A DNA stretch of 41,827 bases from Candidatus Bathyarchaeota archaeon (GCA_028275385.1 JAPWUR010000002.1:1-41827), one strand, 5' to 3'; positions 8,024 through 17,442 are shown, numbered from the stretch's first letter. A program made the numbers and translations. The notes: a model not told the origin generated them from the sequence alone.

Positions 8024-9895
8024 ATGGATTACGGGGCCCTGGGCCTCAGGGTTGGGCTGGAGATACATAGGCAATTGGATACGGCGCATAAGCTATTTTG
8101 CGAATGCCCGACGAGGCTCTCCGGGCGCGGGGCCGAGATAGAGTTCGCGAGAGGCTTCAGGCCGACCCAAAGCGAATTGGGCGAGGTCGATCCGGCGGCG
8201 CTTTACGAGTTCCGGAAGGGCAGGATGGCGCTCTACGAGGCCGATAGGGGGACCTCCTGCCTCGTGGAGATGGACGAGGAGCCCCCGCATTCGCTGAACA
8301 GGGAGGCTGTTGAGATCGGCTTGGCTGTGGCCCTCATGCTCGGGTCGAGGCCGGTGGATGAGATCCACGTCATGAGGAAGGTCGTCATAGACGGATCGAA
8401 TACCACTGGGTTCCAAAGGACCTGCGCGATCGCCCTCGGGGGGAGCCTGAAGGTCCGGGGCAAGGAGATCCCGATAGAGCAGATATGCCTCGAGGAGGAC
8501 GCCGCCAGGAAGGTGGGCGATCGGGATGGGGGCCCGATCTTCGCCATAGATAGGCTGGGGATACCGCTGATAGAGATCTCGACCGCCCCGGTCATCGAAT
8601 CGCCGGAGGAGGCGAGGGAGGTCGCGGAGCGGATAGGATCGATCCTCAGGGCGACTGGGAGGGTGAAGAGGGGGATCGGGACCATACGCCAGGATTTGAA
8701 CGTATCGATATCCGGCGGGGGGCTCGTGGAGGTCAAGGGCGTCCAGGAGCTGGGCCTGCTGGATAGGGTCGTGGAGTTCGAGGCCATGAGGATGGCCGGG
8801 CTGATGAGGATAAGGGATGAGCTGCGCGGGAGGGGCTTGGGGCCGGATCGGCTCTCCGATGCGCCCATCGACGTCTCCAGGGCCTTCGCAGCGACGGCCT
8901 CGAGGGTCGTGAGGGGGGCCCTGGATCGGGGCGGGGCCGTCATGGCGCTGAGGCTCCGGGGCTTCTCGGGGCTATTGGGCAGGGAGCTCGCCCCGGGCTT
9001 CAGGTTCGGGACCGAGCTGGCCCATAGGGCCATGGCGATCGCCGGGGTCGGGGGGCTATTCCACACGGACGAGCTGCCGGGCTATGGGATATCGGCCGAG
9101 GAGGTCGAGGCCGTAAGGGGGCTCGCCGGGGCGGGGGAGATGGACGCGGTCGTCATTGTGGCCGATGAAAGGGATAGGGCCGAGAGGGCGCTGCTCGCGG
9201 TTCTGGAGAGGGCCAAGGAGGCGTTCGACGGCCCCCCATCGGAGACCAGGGCCGCGAACCCAGATGGGACGACGCGCTACATGAGGCCAAGGCCTGGGTC
9301 GGCGAGGATGTACCCCGAGACCGATGTCCCGCCGTTCCCGATATCCGAGGACCTGCTGGATCGGGTCAGGGCATCGCTCCCGCCCCCGCCGGAGGAGCAA
9401 ATAAGGGCCCTGAGGGAGGCCTACGGCCTCAACGAGAAGCTGGCCAGGCAGCTCCTGGATTCCGAATACCTGGGCCTATTCAAGGAGGCGGTCGCGGCCG
9501 GGGCCCAGCCGACCCTCGCCGCGGCATTGCTCACCGAGACCCTCAAGGCCTTGGAGAGGAAGGGCGTCCCCATCGGCTCCATACCGGATTCGAGGATACT
9601 CGAGCTCCTCAGGGCCATAGCGGAGGGGGCGACCGCGAAGGAATCGGCCGAGGCCCTCTTGGAGGCCGCCTCGAGGGACCCGGGCAAGGGGATCGGCCAA
9701 TTGATATCCGAGCTGGGGCTGGGGATGATCCCCGAGGGGGAGCTCAGGCGGAGGATAGGGGAGATATTGGACCGGGATCCCGAGCTCCTCAGGGCCCCCT
9801 TCGGGAAGGTCATGGGCGCGATCATGAGGGAGCTCAGGGGGAGGGCGGACGCCGGGCTCGTGGCGAGGATAATAAGGGAAAAGATCGGGGGATGA
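8024..9895 (+). CDS. gatE: Glu-tRNA(Gln) amidotransferase subunit E
   Basis: MDYGALGLRVGLEIHRQL is a GatB/E-type N-terminus, and length fits GatE. The track ORF starts at 7913 inside gatD. ATG 8024, 12 nt after the gatD stop, is preferred. Confidence 0.9.
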   Translation: MDYGALGLRVGLEIHRQLDTAHKLFCECPTRLSGRGAEIEFARGFRPTQSELGEVDPAALYEFRKGRMALYEADRGTSCLVEMDEEPPHSLNREAVEIGLAVALMLGSRPVDEIHVMRKVVIDGSNTTGFQRTCAIALGGSLKVRGKEIPIEQICLEEDAARKVGDRDGGPIFAIDRLGIPLIEISTAPVIESPEEAREVAERIGSILRATGRVKRGIGTIRQDLNVSISGGGLVEVKGVQELGLLDRVVEFEAMRMAGLMRIRDELRGRGLGPDRLSDAPIDVSRAFAATASRVVRGALDRGGAVMALRLRGFSGLLGRELAPGFRFGTELAHRAMAIAGVGGLFHTDELPGYGISAEEVEAVRGLAGAGEMDAVVIVADERDRAERALLAVLERAKEAFDGPPSETRAANPDGTTRYMRPRPGSARMYPETDVPPFPISEDLLDRVRASLPPPPEEQIRALREAYGLNEKLARQLLDSEYLGLFKEAVAAGAQPTLAAALLTETLKALERKGVPIGSIPDSRILELLRAIAEGATAKESAEALLEAASRDPGKGIGQLISELGLGMIPEGELRRRIGEILDRDPELLRAPFGKVMGAIMRELRGRADAGLVARIIREKIGG

Positions 9896-9904
9896 GGGGG
9901 CGGG

Positions 9905-10183
9905 CTATCCCCAAATCACTTCCTCATCCTTCATTATGTTGAACCCGCTCGCGGAGAGCCTCTCCACGTCCAGGGCCAAATATGGCACGAGGGCCGATTC
10001 CTGGCCGATGAACTCGAAGGGGCCGCCGCAGACGCTGCACACCTTATTGGCCATGGCCTCGTGGACCAATGGGGCGTAATATGGGTTGGCGATGACCGCG
10101 ACCCCTATTTGGGAATCGCTCGGGTGCCCTGCGAAGTTCGCGCACCTGAACAGGAGCCAGATGCTCCACCTCTCCTCCGCCAT
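9905..10183 (-). CDS. hypothetical small protein (92 aa)
   Basis: Fills the gap after gatE (convergent). Host-like codon use (AGG, GC-rich third positions). Contains CSVCGG. No family recognised. Confidence 0.45.
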   Translation of the reverse strand: MAEERWSIWLLFRCANFAGHPSDSQIGVAVIANPYYAPLVHEAMANKVCSVCGGPFEFIGQESALVPYLALDVERLSASGFNIMKDEEVIWG

Positions 10184-10243
10184 CCGGATGCGCCTCGTGG
10201 CCCAATAATCCCGGGTGGCCTAATAACGATTGCGGGCTCCTGG

Positions 10244-10609
10244 ATGGAAACCGTTAAAATCGAATGCCCACCATATCATCCGGGGAAGGATATGGCATTG
10301 GGGGTCAAATACATACAACTGAGGTCGCTCGAGGACCTGGTCAAGATAGTGGCGGCATCGCCCATGTCCTTCATCCAGCATTACTTCGATGGGCGATACC
10401 ATTTCTACTTCATAAACGTGCTCTTCGCGGGCGGTGGGGCGCTCATATACTTCGTCAAATCCGAGGAGGGGATCGATAAGAAATACATAATATTCGATTC
10501 CATCAGGGGCAGGATCCTATTCAGCGATTCCATAAGCACGGATGCGAACGCCAGGACGATACCCCTGATCGAGGTCGAGAGGCAGAACGTGCTCCCCGAG
10601 GGGCTATAG
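10244..10609 (+). CDS. hypothetical protein (121 aa)
   Basis: The track ORF 10061..10609 overlaps the opposite-strand ORF. The internal ATG 10244 (METVKIECPPYHPGK...) removes the overlap. Followed by a hairpin plus T6. No family recognised. Confidence 0.5.
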   Translation: METVKIECPPYHPGKDMALGVKYIQLRSLEDLVKIVAASPMSFIQHYFDGRYHFYFINVLFAGGGALIYFVKSEEGIDKKYIIFDSIRGRILFSDSISTDANARTIPLIEVERQNVLPEGL

Positions 10610-10611
10610 GG

Positions 10612-10645
10612 CGATCCGGCCGGGATCGGCCTCGATTAATTTTTT
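10612..10645 (+). terminator. hairpin plus T6 after the 121-aa ORF (the AT run may double as the nac TATA)
   Basis: cgatcc-ggccg-ggatcg stem-loop (10612-10628), then tttttt at 10640-10645. Confidence 0.4.
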
Positions 10646-10696
10646 AACCGATCCCCCCAAAGGACCGAATCGGTAAGGGCGTTGGGCTTAAGGCAC

Positions 10697-11074
10697 ATGA
10701 GGGGGATCCCCAGCGGCAGGGAGGCCCTGAGGGCGCTCAAGCGCATGGGGATGCAATTCGATGAGCTCGAGGGCGTCAGCAGGGTCTCGATAGAGCTATC
10801 GGATAGGAGGATAATCATCGAGGGCCCGGTGGTCGCCGCGATAACGATCCAGGGCCAGAGGATGTACCAAATCAGCGGCGGCGTGGAGACGGAGGAGCCC
10901 ATAAGGGCCGAGGCGGCCGCGGCGCAGATAAGGGACGAGGACGTGGAGCTCGTTGCGCAGCAGGCCGGCGTCGGGCCGGAGGAGGCGAGGAGGGCCCTGG
11001 AGGAATCGGGCGGGGACCTGGCCAAGGCGATAATAGCCCTCAGGGAGAGGGCGGGCCGATCGGGGCCGGGATAG
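10697..11074 (+). CDS. nac: nascent polypeptide-associated complex (NAC) alpha-type protein
   Basis: NAC domain (LKRMGMQFDELEGVSRVSIEL...IIIEGPVV) plus a C-terminal UBA-like segment (VELVAQQAGVGPEEARRALEESGGDLAKAI). ATG 10697 is preferred over TTG 10682. Confidence 0.85.
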   Translation: MRGIPSGREALRALKRMGMQFDELEGVSRVSIELSDRRIIIEGPVVAAITIQGQRMYQISGGVETEEPIRAEAAAAQIRDEDVELVAQQAGVGPEEARRALEESGGDLAKAIIALRERAGRSGPG

Positions 11075-11100
11075 ATTTAAGGGGCCCATCGGGCCCCATA

Positions 11101-11349
11101 ATGCCCGGGGGTCCGCGGATGCGCGCCGAGTACTCGCCCATGGCTTGGCTCGGGATCGCGTTGATCGCCATCGGGGCGGCGCTGCTGTTGATCCCCTACT
11201 TGGCCGAGCGGATGCCGGAGCTCGGGAGGCTCCCGCCGATAATCCTCTACGTATATCGCAAGGGCGATCTATATTTGGCGACGTCGCCGATCCTGATAAT
11301 CGCATCCCTGCTAGCGCTATTGGCCCTCGTATTGACGAGGAGGGCCTGA
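11101..11349 (+). CDS. small two-TM membrane protein (possibly DUF2905-like)
   Basis: 82 aa with two hydrophobic helices (WLGIALIAIGAALLLIP; SPILIIASLLALLALVL) flanking RLPPIILYVYRKGDLYL. Confidence 0.45.
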   Translation: MPGGPRMRAEYSPMAWLGIALIAIGAALLLIPYLAERMPELGRLPPIILYVYRKGDLYLATSPILIIASLLALLALVLTRRA

Positions 11350-11358
11350 GGGGGCCGC

Positions 11359-11892
11359 TCAGCGCTCAGATCCGTATCGATTGAAGTGGACCAGCTTCTC
11401 GAGCCTTATCCTCGGCGGCGGCCTCGGGCTCTCGGCCGGGAACCCGATGGGGATTATGGCTATGGGCCTCAGCCAGGGCGGGAGGCCGAGGGCCTCCATC
11501 ACCTCGCCGTCCCTATAGGCCCCGACCCAGCAGGCGCCCAGCCCCAGGGCGTGGGCCGCCAGGAGGATGTTCTCGACGGCCGCCGCCGCGTCCATGAGGC
11601 AATAGAGGTTCCTGCCCCTATCCCCGTACCTGCTGGCCGACCTCTCCCTATTGGCGCATACTACGATGTCGACCGGCGCCTCCTCTATGAAGCCCTGGCC
11701 GAGCGCGGCCTCGGCCAATCGGGCCTTGACATCGGGGTCAGTTACGATCACGAAATCCCTGGCCTGGCAATTCCCGGCGGATGGGGCCCATTGGGCGGCC
11801 TCGAGTATCCTCTCGAGGGCCGGATCCGGGATCGGATCCGGCTTGAAGGCCCTGACGCTCCTCCTCCCCCTGATAGCCTCGAACAAGTCCAT
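11359..11892 (-). CDS. nitroreductase-family protein
   Basis: MDLFEAIRGRRSVRAFKPDPIP...APSAGNCQ is a classic nitroreductase N-terminus. 177 aa. Confidence 0.85.
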   Translation of the reverse strand: MDLFEAIRGRRSVRAFKPDPIPDPALERILEAAQWAPSAGNCQARDFVIVTDPDVKARLAEAALGQGFIEEAPVDIVVCANRERSASRYGDRGRNLYCLMDAAAAVENILLAAHALGLGACWVGAYRDGEVMEALGLPPWLRPIAIIPIGFPAESPRPPPRIRLEKLVHFNRYGSER

Positions 11893-11969
11893 GGGGAGTC
11901 CATTGCCCGGCCGTCGTATTCAAGGTTTCCCCAGCCGATCCCGCCTAGCTTATTAAGGATCTCGGCCAA

Positions 11970-13259
11970 TTGGCAAGGCCCGGGGGGCGGGGCTTGGGCA
12001 TAGCCCTCAATACGGACCTCTACGAGCTGACGATGGCCCAAAGCTATCTCGAGAACGGGAAGACGGATAGGGCCGTCTTCAGCCTATTCGTCAGGGACCT
12101 GCCCAGGGATAGGAACTTCCTCGTCGCGGCCGGGCTTCAAACGCTCGTTGAGAGGATAAGGGGATTCAGGTTCTCGGATGAGGACCTGGCCTATTTGGAG
12201 GGCCTCGGGAGGTTCTCCGGGGATTTCCTAGATTACTTGGAGCATTACGAGTTCCGGGGGAACCTATACGCGATCCCGGAGGGCAGGATCGCCTTCCAAA
12301 ACGAGCCCCTGGTCCAGGTCGAGGCGAGCCTCCCGGAGGCGCAGATATTGGAGACGATCGTCATCAATACCATACATTTCCAAACGGCCATCGCCTCGAA
12401 GGCCGCCAGGAGCTTCCTGGCCTCAAGGGGGAGGCGCCTCATCGATTTCGGCCTCAGGAGGGCCCATGGGCTCGAGGCCGGGGCGCTGGCCGCCAGGGCG
12501 GCCTTCATAGCCGGCATCGGGGCCACGTCGAACCTAGAGGCCGGGAGGAGGTTCGGGATACCCGTCGTCGGGACCATGGCCCATTCTTACGTGATGGCCT
12601 TCGACGACGAGGCAAGGGCCTTCGAGGCCTTCGCGAGGAGCTTCCCGGACAACGCCATATTCCTGATCGATACCTACGATACGCTCGCGGCGGCCGATAA
12701 GGTGATCGAGCTGGCCAAGAGGGGGGTCCCGGCGATGGCCGTGAGGATAGACAGCGGGGATTTGGGCGCGCTCTCGAGGGAGGTGAGGGCCAAGCTGGAT
12801 AGGGCCGGGCTTGGCCACGTGAGGATAATCGCGAGCGGGGGGCTCGACGAGCGGGACGTCGAGGCCCTGCTGCGCTCCGGGGCCCCGATAGATTCCTTCG
12901 CCATGGGCACCAAGACGGTCACGTCGGCGGATGCGCCATACTTGGACATAGCCTATAAGCTGGTCGAATACGGGGGCGAGCCAAAGGCGAAATCGAGCCC
13001 GGGGAAGGCCACGTTCCCGTATAAGCGCCAGGTCCTCAGGCATTACAGGGATGGCCTGATGGATCACGATGAGGTGGTCAGGTACGATGAGGCGCCCGAG
13101 GGGGGGCTGGTGATACGGGTCATCGAGGGCGGCAGGGCCGTTTACGATTTCCCGAGCCTGGAGGATCTGCATAGGGCGTTCCTGGAGGACGTGGGCAGGC
13201 TGCCGGAGCGCTTGAGGGGCCTGGGGAAGGCTGAATACGAGGTCGTGATAAGGCCCTGA
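11970..13259 (+). CDS. pncB: nicotinate phosphoribosyltransferase
   Basis: LNTDLYELTMAQSYL N-terminus, GTMAHSYVM, and length 429 aa. The start may instead be TTG 11994, given the TATA-like gcttattaagg at about 11948-11958. Confidence 0.9.
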   Translation: MARPGGRGLGIALNTDLYELTMAQSYLENGKTDRAVFSLFVRDLPRDRNFLVAAGLQTLVERIRGFRFSDEDLAYLEGLGRFSGDFLDYLEHYEFRGNLYAIPEGRIAFQNEPLVQVEASLPEAQILETIVINTIHFQTAIASKAARSFLASRGRRLIDFGLRRAHGLEAGALAARAAFIAGIGATSNLEAGRRFGIPVVGTMAHSYVMAFDDEARAFEAFARSFPDNAIFLIDTYDTLAAADKVIELAKRGVPAMAVRIDSGDLGALSREVRAKLDRAGLGHVRIIASGGLDERDVEALLRSGAPIDSFAMGTKTVTSADAPYLDIAYKLVEYGGEPKAKSSPGKATFPYKRQVLRHYRDGLMDHDEVVRYDEAPEGGLVIRVIEGGRAVYDFPSLEDLHRAFLEDVGRLPERLRGLGKAEYEVVIRP

Positions 13260-13262
13260 GGG

Positions 13263-13269
13263 TTCTTTT
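13263..13269 (+). terminator. oligo-T tract after pncB
   Basis: ttctttt begins 4 nt after the stop codon. Archaeal terminators are oligo-T runs. Confidence 0.35.
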
Positions 13270-13523
13270 GGTGATTTGCCTCTTGTGGCGGTTCCCCTCA
13301 AGGCAATGGGGACCTCCAAATATCTTAAAACTTTCCAAAGATGTTTTCAGGAATATTCATGTATCCCATAAATTTGTTATGTTATATTATTCGAGAAGCG
13401 CAGCGATAGGATTAACATTTTCTGAGGTTTTCAAATCTCATTATTCAGGCGGATGTAATTTCCCCCAGCCAAGGCGGTGGCAGGGCGTAATGCGATCACG
13501 CCTTTGGGAAATCGCCCTTGGGC

Positions 13524-14468
13524 CTACCCCGACTCGGATGGGACGCCCCCGCGATCACCCTTAACGAGCGCTATGCGCTTGCAATAAGCGCATATATCGC
13601 CCTGGGATGGGAAGCCGCAGATCCTGCATTTCGAGAACTCAGGCCTCGGCGCGATGCCCTCGATGAGCGGCATCAGCTCGAGGAACCTGTTCAGCAATTG
13701 ATGCCTGAACTGGGGATTGCGCTCCGATGCGGCCTCCAGGAGGCCCGCCATCCTCCTGACCTTCGCGCCCTTTGAGAACGGGCAGCCGATCTCCTTGAAC
13801 CTTATCCCCCGGTATAGGCAATAGAGCAGGTCCTCCCTCTCGGGGGACCTTATCAGGGGCTTCACCCTCGCCGCCATCCCCTCCGCCAGAGGCGGCAGGA
13901 CCGGCTTTAGCCTCACGAACTGGCCCCAATAGCCGTGCAGGAAGTTATCGAGCATTATCCCGACCATATCGTCCAAGTTATGGCCCGTCGCGAGTACCCT
14001 CGCCCCGGCCCTCATCGCCAGCTCCTCGAAGAGGCGCCTCTTTATCGTCCCGCAGGCGGAGCAGATCTTCCCCTTGAAGGCCGTTCCCTCGAAATCCCCG
14101 ATCCCTATTCCGAGCTCCCTCCCGAGGTCGAACGTCAGCAACTCCACGCCCAGCTCCCCGGCCAGCCCCTCCGCGATCGATTGGCAATGCGCCGAGTACT
14201 CCGGTATGCCCAGGTTGACGTGCAGGGCCACCAGGTCCAACCCCGGGAAGGCGCTCCTCAGCGCGTGCAAAAGGGCCCCGCTATCCTTCCCGCCGGAGAT
14301 CGCGACCCCGACCCTATCGCCCTCCCGGAACATCCGGAACTCCTCGACCGTCCTCCTGACCCTGGAGACGAAGAAATCCGAGAAGCAATCCGGGCATAGC
14401 CGGAGCCTGGCGTAAGGGAGCTCCACCTCGGCGGCGGCCGAGCGGCACCTGCCGCAAACCCCGGGCAT
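13524..14468 (-). CDS. ttuA: TtuA/NcsA-like PP-loop tRNA 2-thiolation enzyme
   Basis: PP-loop SGGKDS. N- and C-terminal CxxC pairs (CGRC..CPDC; CRIC..CAYC). Candidate Fe-S ligands CSAC plus GCPF. Confidence 0.8.
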   Translation of the reverse strand: MPGVCGRCRSAAAEVELPYARLRLCPDCFSDFFVSRVRRTVEEFRMFREGDRVGVAISGGKDSGALLHALRSAFPGLDLVALHVNLGIPEYSAHCQSIAEGLAGELGVELLTFDLGRELGIGIGDFEGTAFKGKICSACGTIKRRLFEELAMRAGARVLATGHNLDDMVGIMLDNFLHGYWGQFVRLKPVLPPLAEGMAARVKPLIRSPEREDLLYCLYRGIRFKEIGCPFSKGAKVRRMAGLLEAASERNPQFRHQLLNRFLELMPLIEGIAPRPEFSKCRICGFPSQGDICAYCKRIALVKGDRGGVPSESG

Positions 14469-14523
14469 GGGGCATCGGGCCCCAAGGGATCGCCGGCCAT
14501 AAAAAGGGTTCGAGCCCGGGGGG

Positions 14524-14611
14524 TGGCGCCGGGAGTGGGATTCGAACCCACGAGGCCCGGAGGGCCACAGGCTCTCAAGGCCTGCGCCTTAGTCCGCTCG
14601 GCCATCCCGGC
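14524..14611 (-). tRNA. tRNA-Ser (anticodon UGA), CCA encoded
   Basis: Reverse complement folds as acceptor GCCGGGA/TCCCGGC, anticodon stem CAGGC/GCCTG with loop CTTGAGA, a long variable arm, and T arm GTGGG-TTCGAAT-CCCAC. Discriminator G plus CCA. Confidence 0.9.
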
Positions 14612-14663
14612 CGGCCGAATCCCTTATTGGGGCGGGCCTAAATCCTTTTGCCCGGGGAGGGCG

Positions 14664-15104
14664 TTGGAGGGGGCCAAGGGCTTCAGGCAGCTGGAGCACA
14701 GCGGCGATGCCTATCTGGAGGCGTGGGGGCGGACCCTCGAGGAGGCGTTCGAGGCCGCCGCGATGGCCCTATTCGACGTTATGACCGATCTGGCCGCGAT
14801 AAGGCCGATCGCCGAGGATCGATTCGAGGTGGAGGGCGGGGATTTGGAGGAGCTCCTATACGGCTGGCTCGAGGCGCTGCTGGTGAAGTTCGATTCAGAT
14901 CAAATGCTATACTCGGATTTCAGGGTCCAAATACGCGAGGGGCCGGGGGGGCGGGGCCATCGCCTCACCGGGATCGCCCGCGGCGAGGCCTATGAGCCCG
15001 GGAGGCATCCCTCGAAGACCGAGGTCAAGGCCGTCACTTACCACGGGATGGAGATCCGGGCATCGCCGGAGGGCGCTAGGGTGAGGTTCCTATTGGACCT
15101 ATGA
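14664..15104 (+). CDS. archease (RtcB activator)
   Basis: FRQLEHSGDAYLEAWGRTLEEAFEAAAMALFDVM is archease-like, and the gene lies directly upstream of rtcB. The track ORF start 14523 overlaps the tRNA-Ser gene. TTG 14664 is the first start clear of it. Confidence 0.8.
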   Translation: MEGAKGFRQLEHSGDAYLEAWGRTLEEAFEAAAMALFDVMTDLAAIRPIAEDRFEVEGGDLEELLYGWLEALLVKFDSDQMLYSDFRVQIREGPGGRGHRLTGIARGEAYEPGRHPSKTEVKAVTYHGMEIRASPEGARVRFLLDL

Positions 15105-15171
15105 GGGGGAAGGTTAATTTGGGCGCTGGCCCATTCTAGGGGCATCGAGCCGATTTGGGAGGTATCGAGCC

Positions 15172-16629
15172 ATGGTTTTCCCATCGAGCGCCCTGAAGCG
15201 GGTCGATAGATACGTTTGGGAGATACCCCAATCCTATAAGCCGGGGATGAGGGTCCCCGGCAGGGTTTACGCGGACGAGGCCCTGTTGGAGAAGATGCTC
15301 TCCGATGCCACCTTGGAGCAATGCGCCAACGTCTCCTTCCTGCCGGGCATATACAAATGGTCCATCACGCTCCCGGATGGCCACGAGGGCTATGGGTTCC
15401 CGATAGGCGGGGTCGCCGCCACCGATTACGACGAGGGCGTCATCAGCCCGGGTGGAGTGGGCTACGATATCAATTGCGGCGTCAGGGCCATAGCCACGAA
15501 CCTGACCGAGGAGGACGTCAGGCCCTCGCTCTCGAAGCTCCTCGCCACGATGTTCGAGCTGATACCATCGGGCCTCGGGAGCCGGGGCCAGATAAGGCTC
15601 TCGCCATCGGAGCTCGATAGGGCCGTGGAGGAGGGGGTCCGGTGGGCCATAGATAGGGGATACGGATGGCCCGAGGACGCGGAGAATTGCGAGGAGGGCG
15701 GTTGCATGGAGATGGCCGACGCATCCAAGGTATCCCAAACGGCCAAATCGAGGGGGGCCCCGCAGCTCGGGAGCCTCGGGAGCGGGAACCATTTCATAGA
15801 GATCGATCGCGTGGATAGGATCTTCGACGAAAGGGCCGCGAAGGCGTTCGGGATAGAGGGCGAGGGGTCGATCGTCGTCTTCGTCCACACGGGCAGCAGG
15901 GGGTTCGGGCATCAAATATGCAGCGATTACCTGAGGGTCATGGAGAGGGCCACGCATAAGTACGGCATAAAGCTGCCCGATAGGGAGCTGGCCTGCGCGC
16001 CGAGCAAGAGCAAGGAGGCTGAGGATTACCTCCCGGCCATGGCGGCCGCCTGCAACTTCGCTTGGGTCAATAGGCAGATGATAACCCATTGGACGAGGGA
16101 GGCGTTCCAGAAGACCTTCAAGAGGCCCGCCGAGGAGTTCGGCCTGAGGCTGATATACGACGTGGCCCACAACATAGCCAAGATCGAGGAGCACAGGGTC
16201 GATGGGGGGGTTAGGAAGGTCTTCGTCCACAGGAAGGGCGCGACGAGGGCCTTCCCGCCGGGCCACCCGGCGATCCCGAAGGCCTATAGGGAGCTGGGCC
16301 AACCGGTCCTGATACCGGGCAGCATGGGGACGAGCTCTTGGATAATGCTGGGCTCGCAAAGGGCCATGGAGATAAGCTTCGGGTCGACGGCCCACGGCGC
16401 CGGCCGATACTTGAGCAGGGCCGAGGCGAAGAAGCGGTATTGGGGCAGCGATGTGAAGAAGGGCCTGGAGGAAAGGGGCATCCTGGTCATGGCGGCGAGC
16501 ATGGCCGTCGTCAGCGAGGAGGCCCCCGAGGCCTATAAGGACGTCGATAGGGTCGCCGAGGTCAGCCACGCGCTCGGGATAGCCACGAAGGTCGCGAGGC
16601 TCGTCCCGATAGGGGTCGCGAAGGGCTAG
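15172..16629 (+). CDS. rtcB: RNA-splicing ligase RtcB
   Basis: GYDINCGVR, GSGNHFIE, HTGSRGFGHQ, AHNIA motifs. 485 aa, which leaves no room for an intein. Confidence 0.95.
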   Translation: MVFPSSALKRVDRYVWEIPQSYKPGMRVPGRVYADEALLEKMLSDATLEQCANVSFLPGIYKWSITLPDGHEGYGFPIGGVAATDYDEGVISPGGVGYDINCGVRAIATNLTEEDVRPSLSKLLATMFELIPSGLGSRGQIRLSPSELDRAVEEGVRWAIDRGYGWPEDAENCEEGGCMEMADASKVSQTAKSRGAPQLGSLGSGNHFIEIDRVDRIFDERAAKAFGIEGEGSIVVFVHTGSRGFGHQICSDYLRVMERATHKYGIKLPDRELACAPSKSKEAEDYLPAMAAACNFAWVNRQMITHWTREAFQKTFKRPAEEFGLRLIYDVAHNIAKIEEHRVDGGVRKVFVHRKGATRAFPPGHPAIPKAYRELGQPVLIPGSMGTSSWIMLGSQRAMEISFGSTAHGAGRYLSRAEAKKRYWGSDVKKGLEERGILVMAASMAVVSEEAPEAYKDVDRVAEVSHALGIATKVARLVPIGVAKG

Positions 16630-17375
16630 GGCGCCAGATCGGCCCCGGCCGGGATGAAGAGGTCCTCATCCCCGGCCCCGGCCGCCCTGAGGAGGGCGAT
16701 CGCGTAGGCCGTCCGCCCGACGGATCCGGGGTCATGGGCATCGCTGCCGATCGAGATCTTGACGCCCTGCCTGAGGCACTCGCGCGCGAATGCCTCATCC
16801 GGGACCCTCCAAACCCCGCTGGCCTCCATCGCGACCCCGTTATCGGCGGCGGACCTTATCAGGCTCCGGATCCAATCGGGCGTCAGGAGCCTCCCGGAAT
16901 CCGCCCTCAGGTCCTCCGGGAGCCACGTGGGATGGGCCAATACGTCCAATAGCCCGGATTCCATGGCCCTCGAGGCGGCGATCCTCATGGATTCCACGAA
17001 GGCCCTCGGATCCAGGACCGGTGTCGGATCGTCCCAGAATACGACGCCCCTCAGCCTATGCAATCCGCCTATGACGAAATCCACCGAGGCCCTGGCCTCC
17101 CGGGAGATAGATGGGCTCCCATCCTCGAATATCTCGACCTCCACGCCCCTGATGGCCCCGGCGCCCCCGACGGCGCTCAGATAGGCCGGGAGCTCGGCCC
17201 TGGAGATGGCCCTCCTCCCCGGGCACGGCGATTCCTCGTAGTGGTCCGTTATGGCGAATAGCTCCAAGCCCCTCCGGCGGGCCGCGGCGACCACGTCCTC
17301 GATGGAGCCCTTCCCATCGGAGAGGGACGTGTGGATGTGCAAATCGATCCTTTGGGCCCTGAGGGGTCCTGGCAT
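16626..17375 (-). CDS. PHP-domain metal-dependent phosphoesterase
   Basis: IDLHIHTSLSDG and AITDHYE are PHP motifs. The stop overlaps the rtcB stop by 4 nt (convergent). Confidence 0.8.
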   Translation of the reverse strand: MPGPLRAQRIDLHIHTSLSDGKGSIEDVVAAARRRGLELFAITDHYEESPCPGRRAISRAELPAYLSAVGGAGAIRGVEVEIFEDGSPSISREARASVDFVIGGLHRLRGVVFWDDPTPVLDPRAFVESMRIAASRAMESGLLDVLAHPTWLPEDLRADSGRLLTPDWIRSLIRSAADNGVAMEASGVWRVPDEAFARECLRQGVKISIGSDAHDPGSVGRTAYAIALLRAAGAGDEDLFIPAGADLAP

Positions 17376-17410
17376 GGCCGGCGATCCCGCGGCGCATGGC
17401 CCTCCAAAAC

Positions 17411-17418
17411 ATTAAAAA
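17411..17418 (+). promoter_or_regulatory. TATA-like box for tRNA-Gly(UCC)
   Basis: attaaaaa, 25-32 nt upstream of the tRNA 5' end. Confidence 0.5.
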
Positions 17419-17442
17419 CCTATTGGGGCATCTCAATCCCGC

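Noticed and set aside
13320-13470. C/D-box sRNA in the AT-rich island.
   Set aside because: CUGA (D-box-like) tetramers occur on both strands, but there is no RUGAUGA C box at the right spacing and no terminal stem.
13268-13564. 98-aa plus-strand ORF spanning the AT-rich island.
   Set aside because: It has no recognisable family, overlaps the ttuA-like 3' end by about 40 nt, and shows atypical composition. It is kept only as one hypothesis within the AT-island finding.
14523-14663. N-terminal extension of archease (track ORF start GTG 14523).
   Set aside because: It is the antisense translation of the tRNA-Ser(UGA) gene. The archease homology starts after TTG 14664.
15172-16629. Intein or other insertion in rtcB (also considered for the PolD small subunit at 29294..30853).
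   Set aside because: Protein lengths are normal (485 and 519 aa), and the conserved motifs are contiguous with no extra block.
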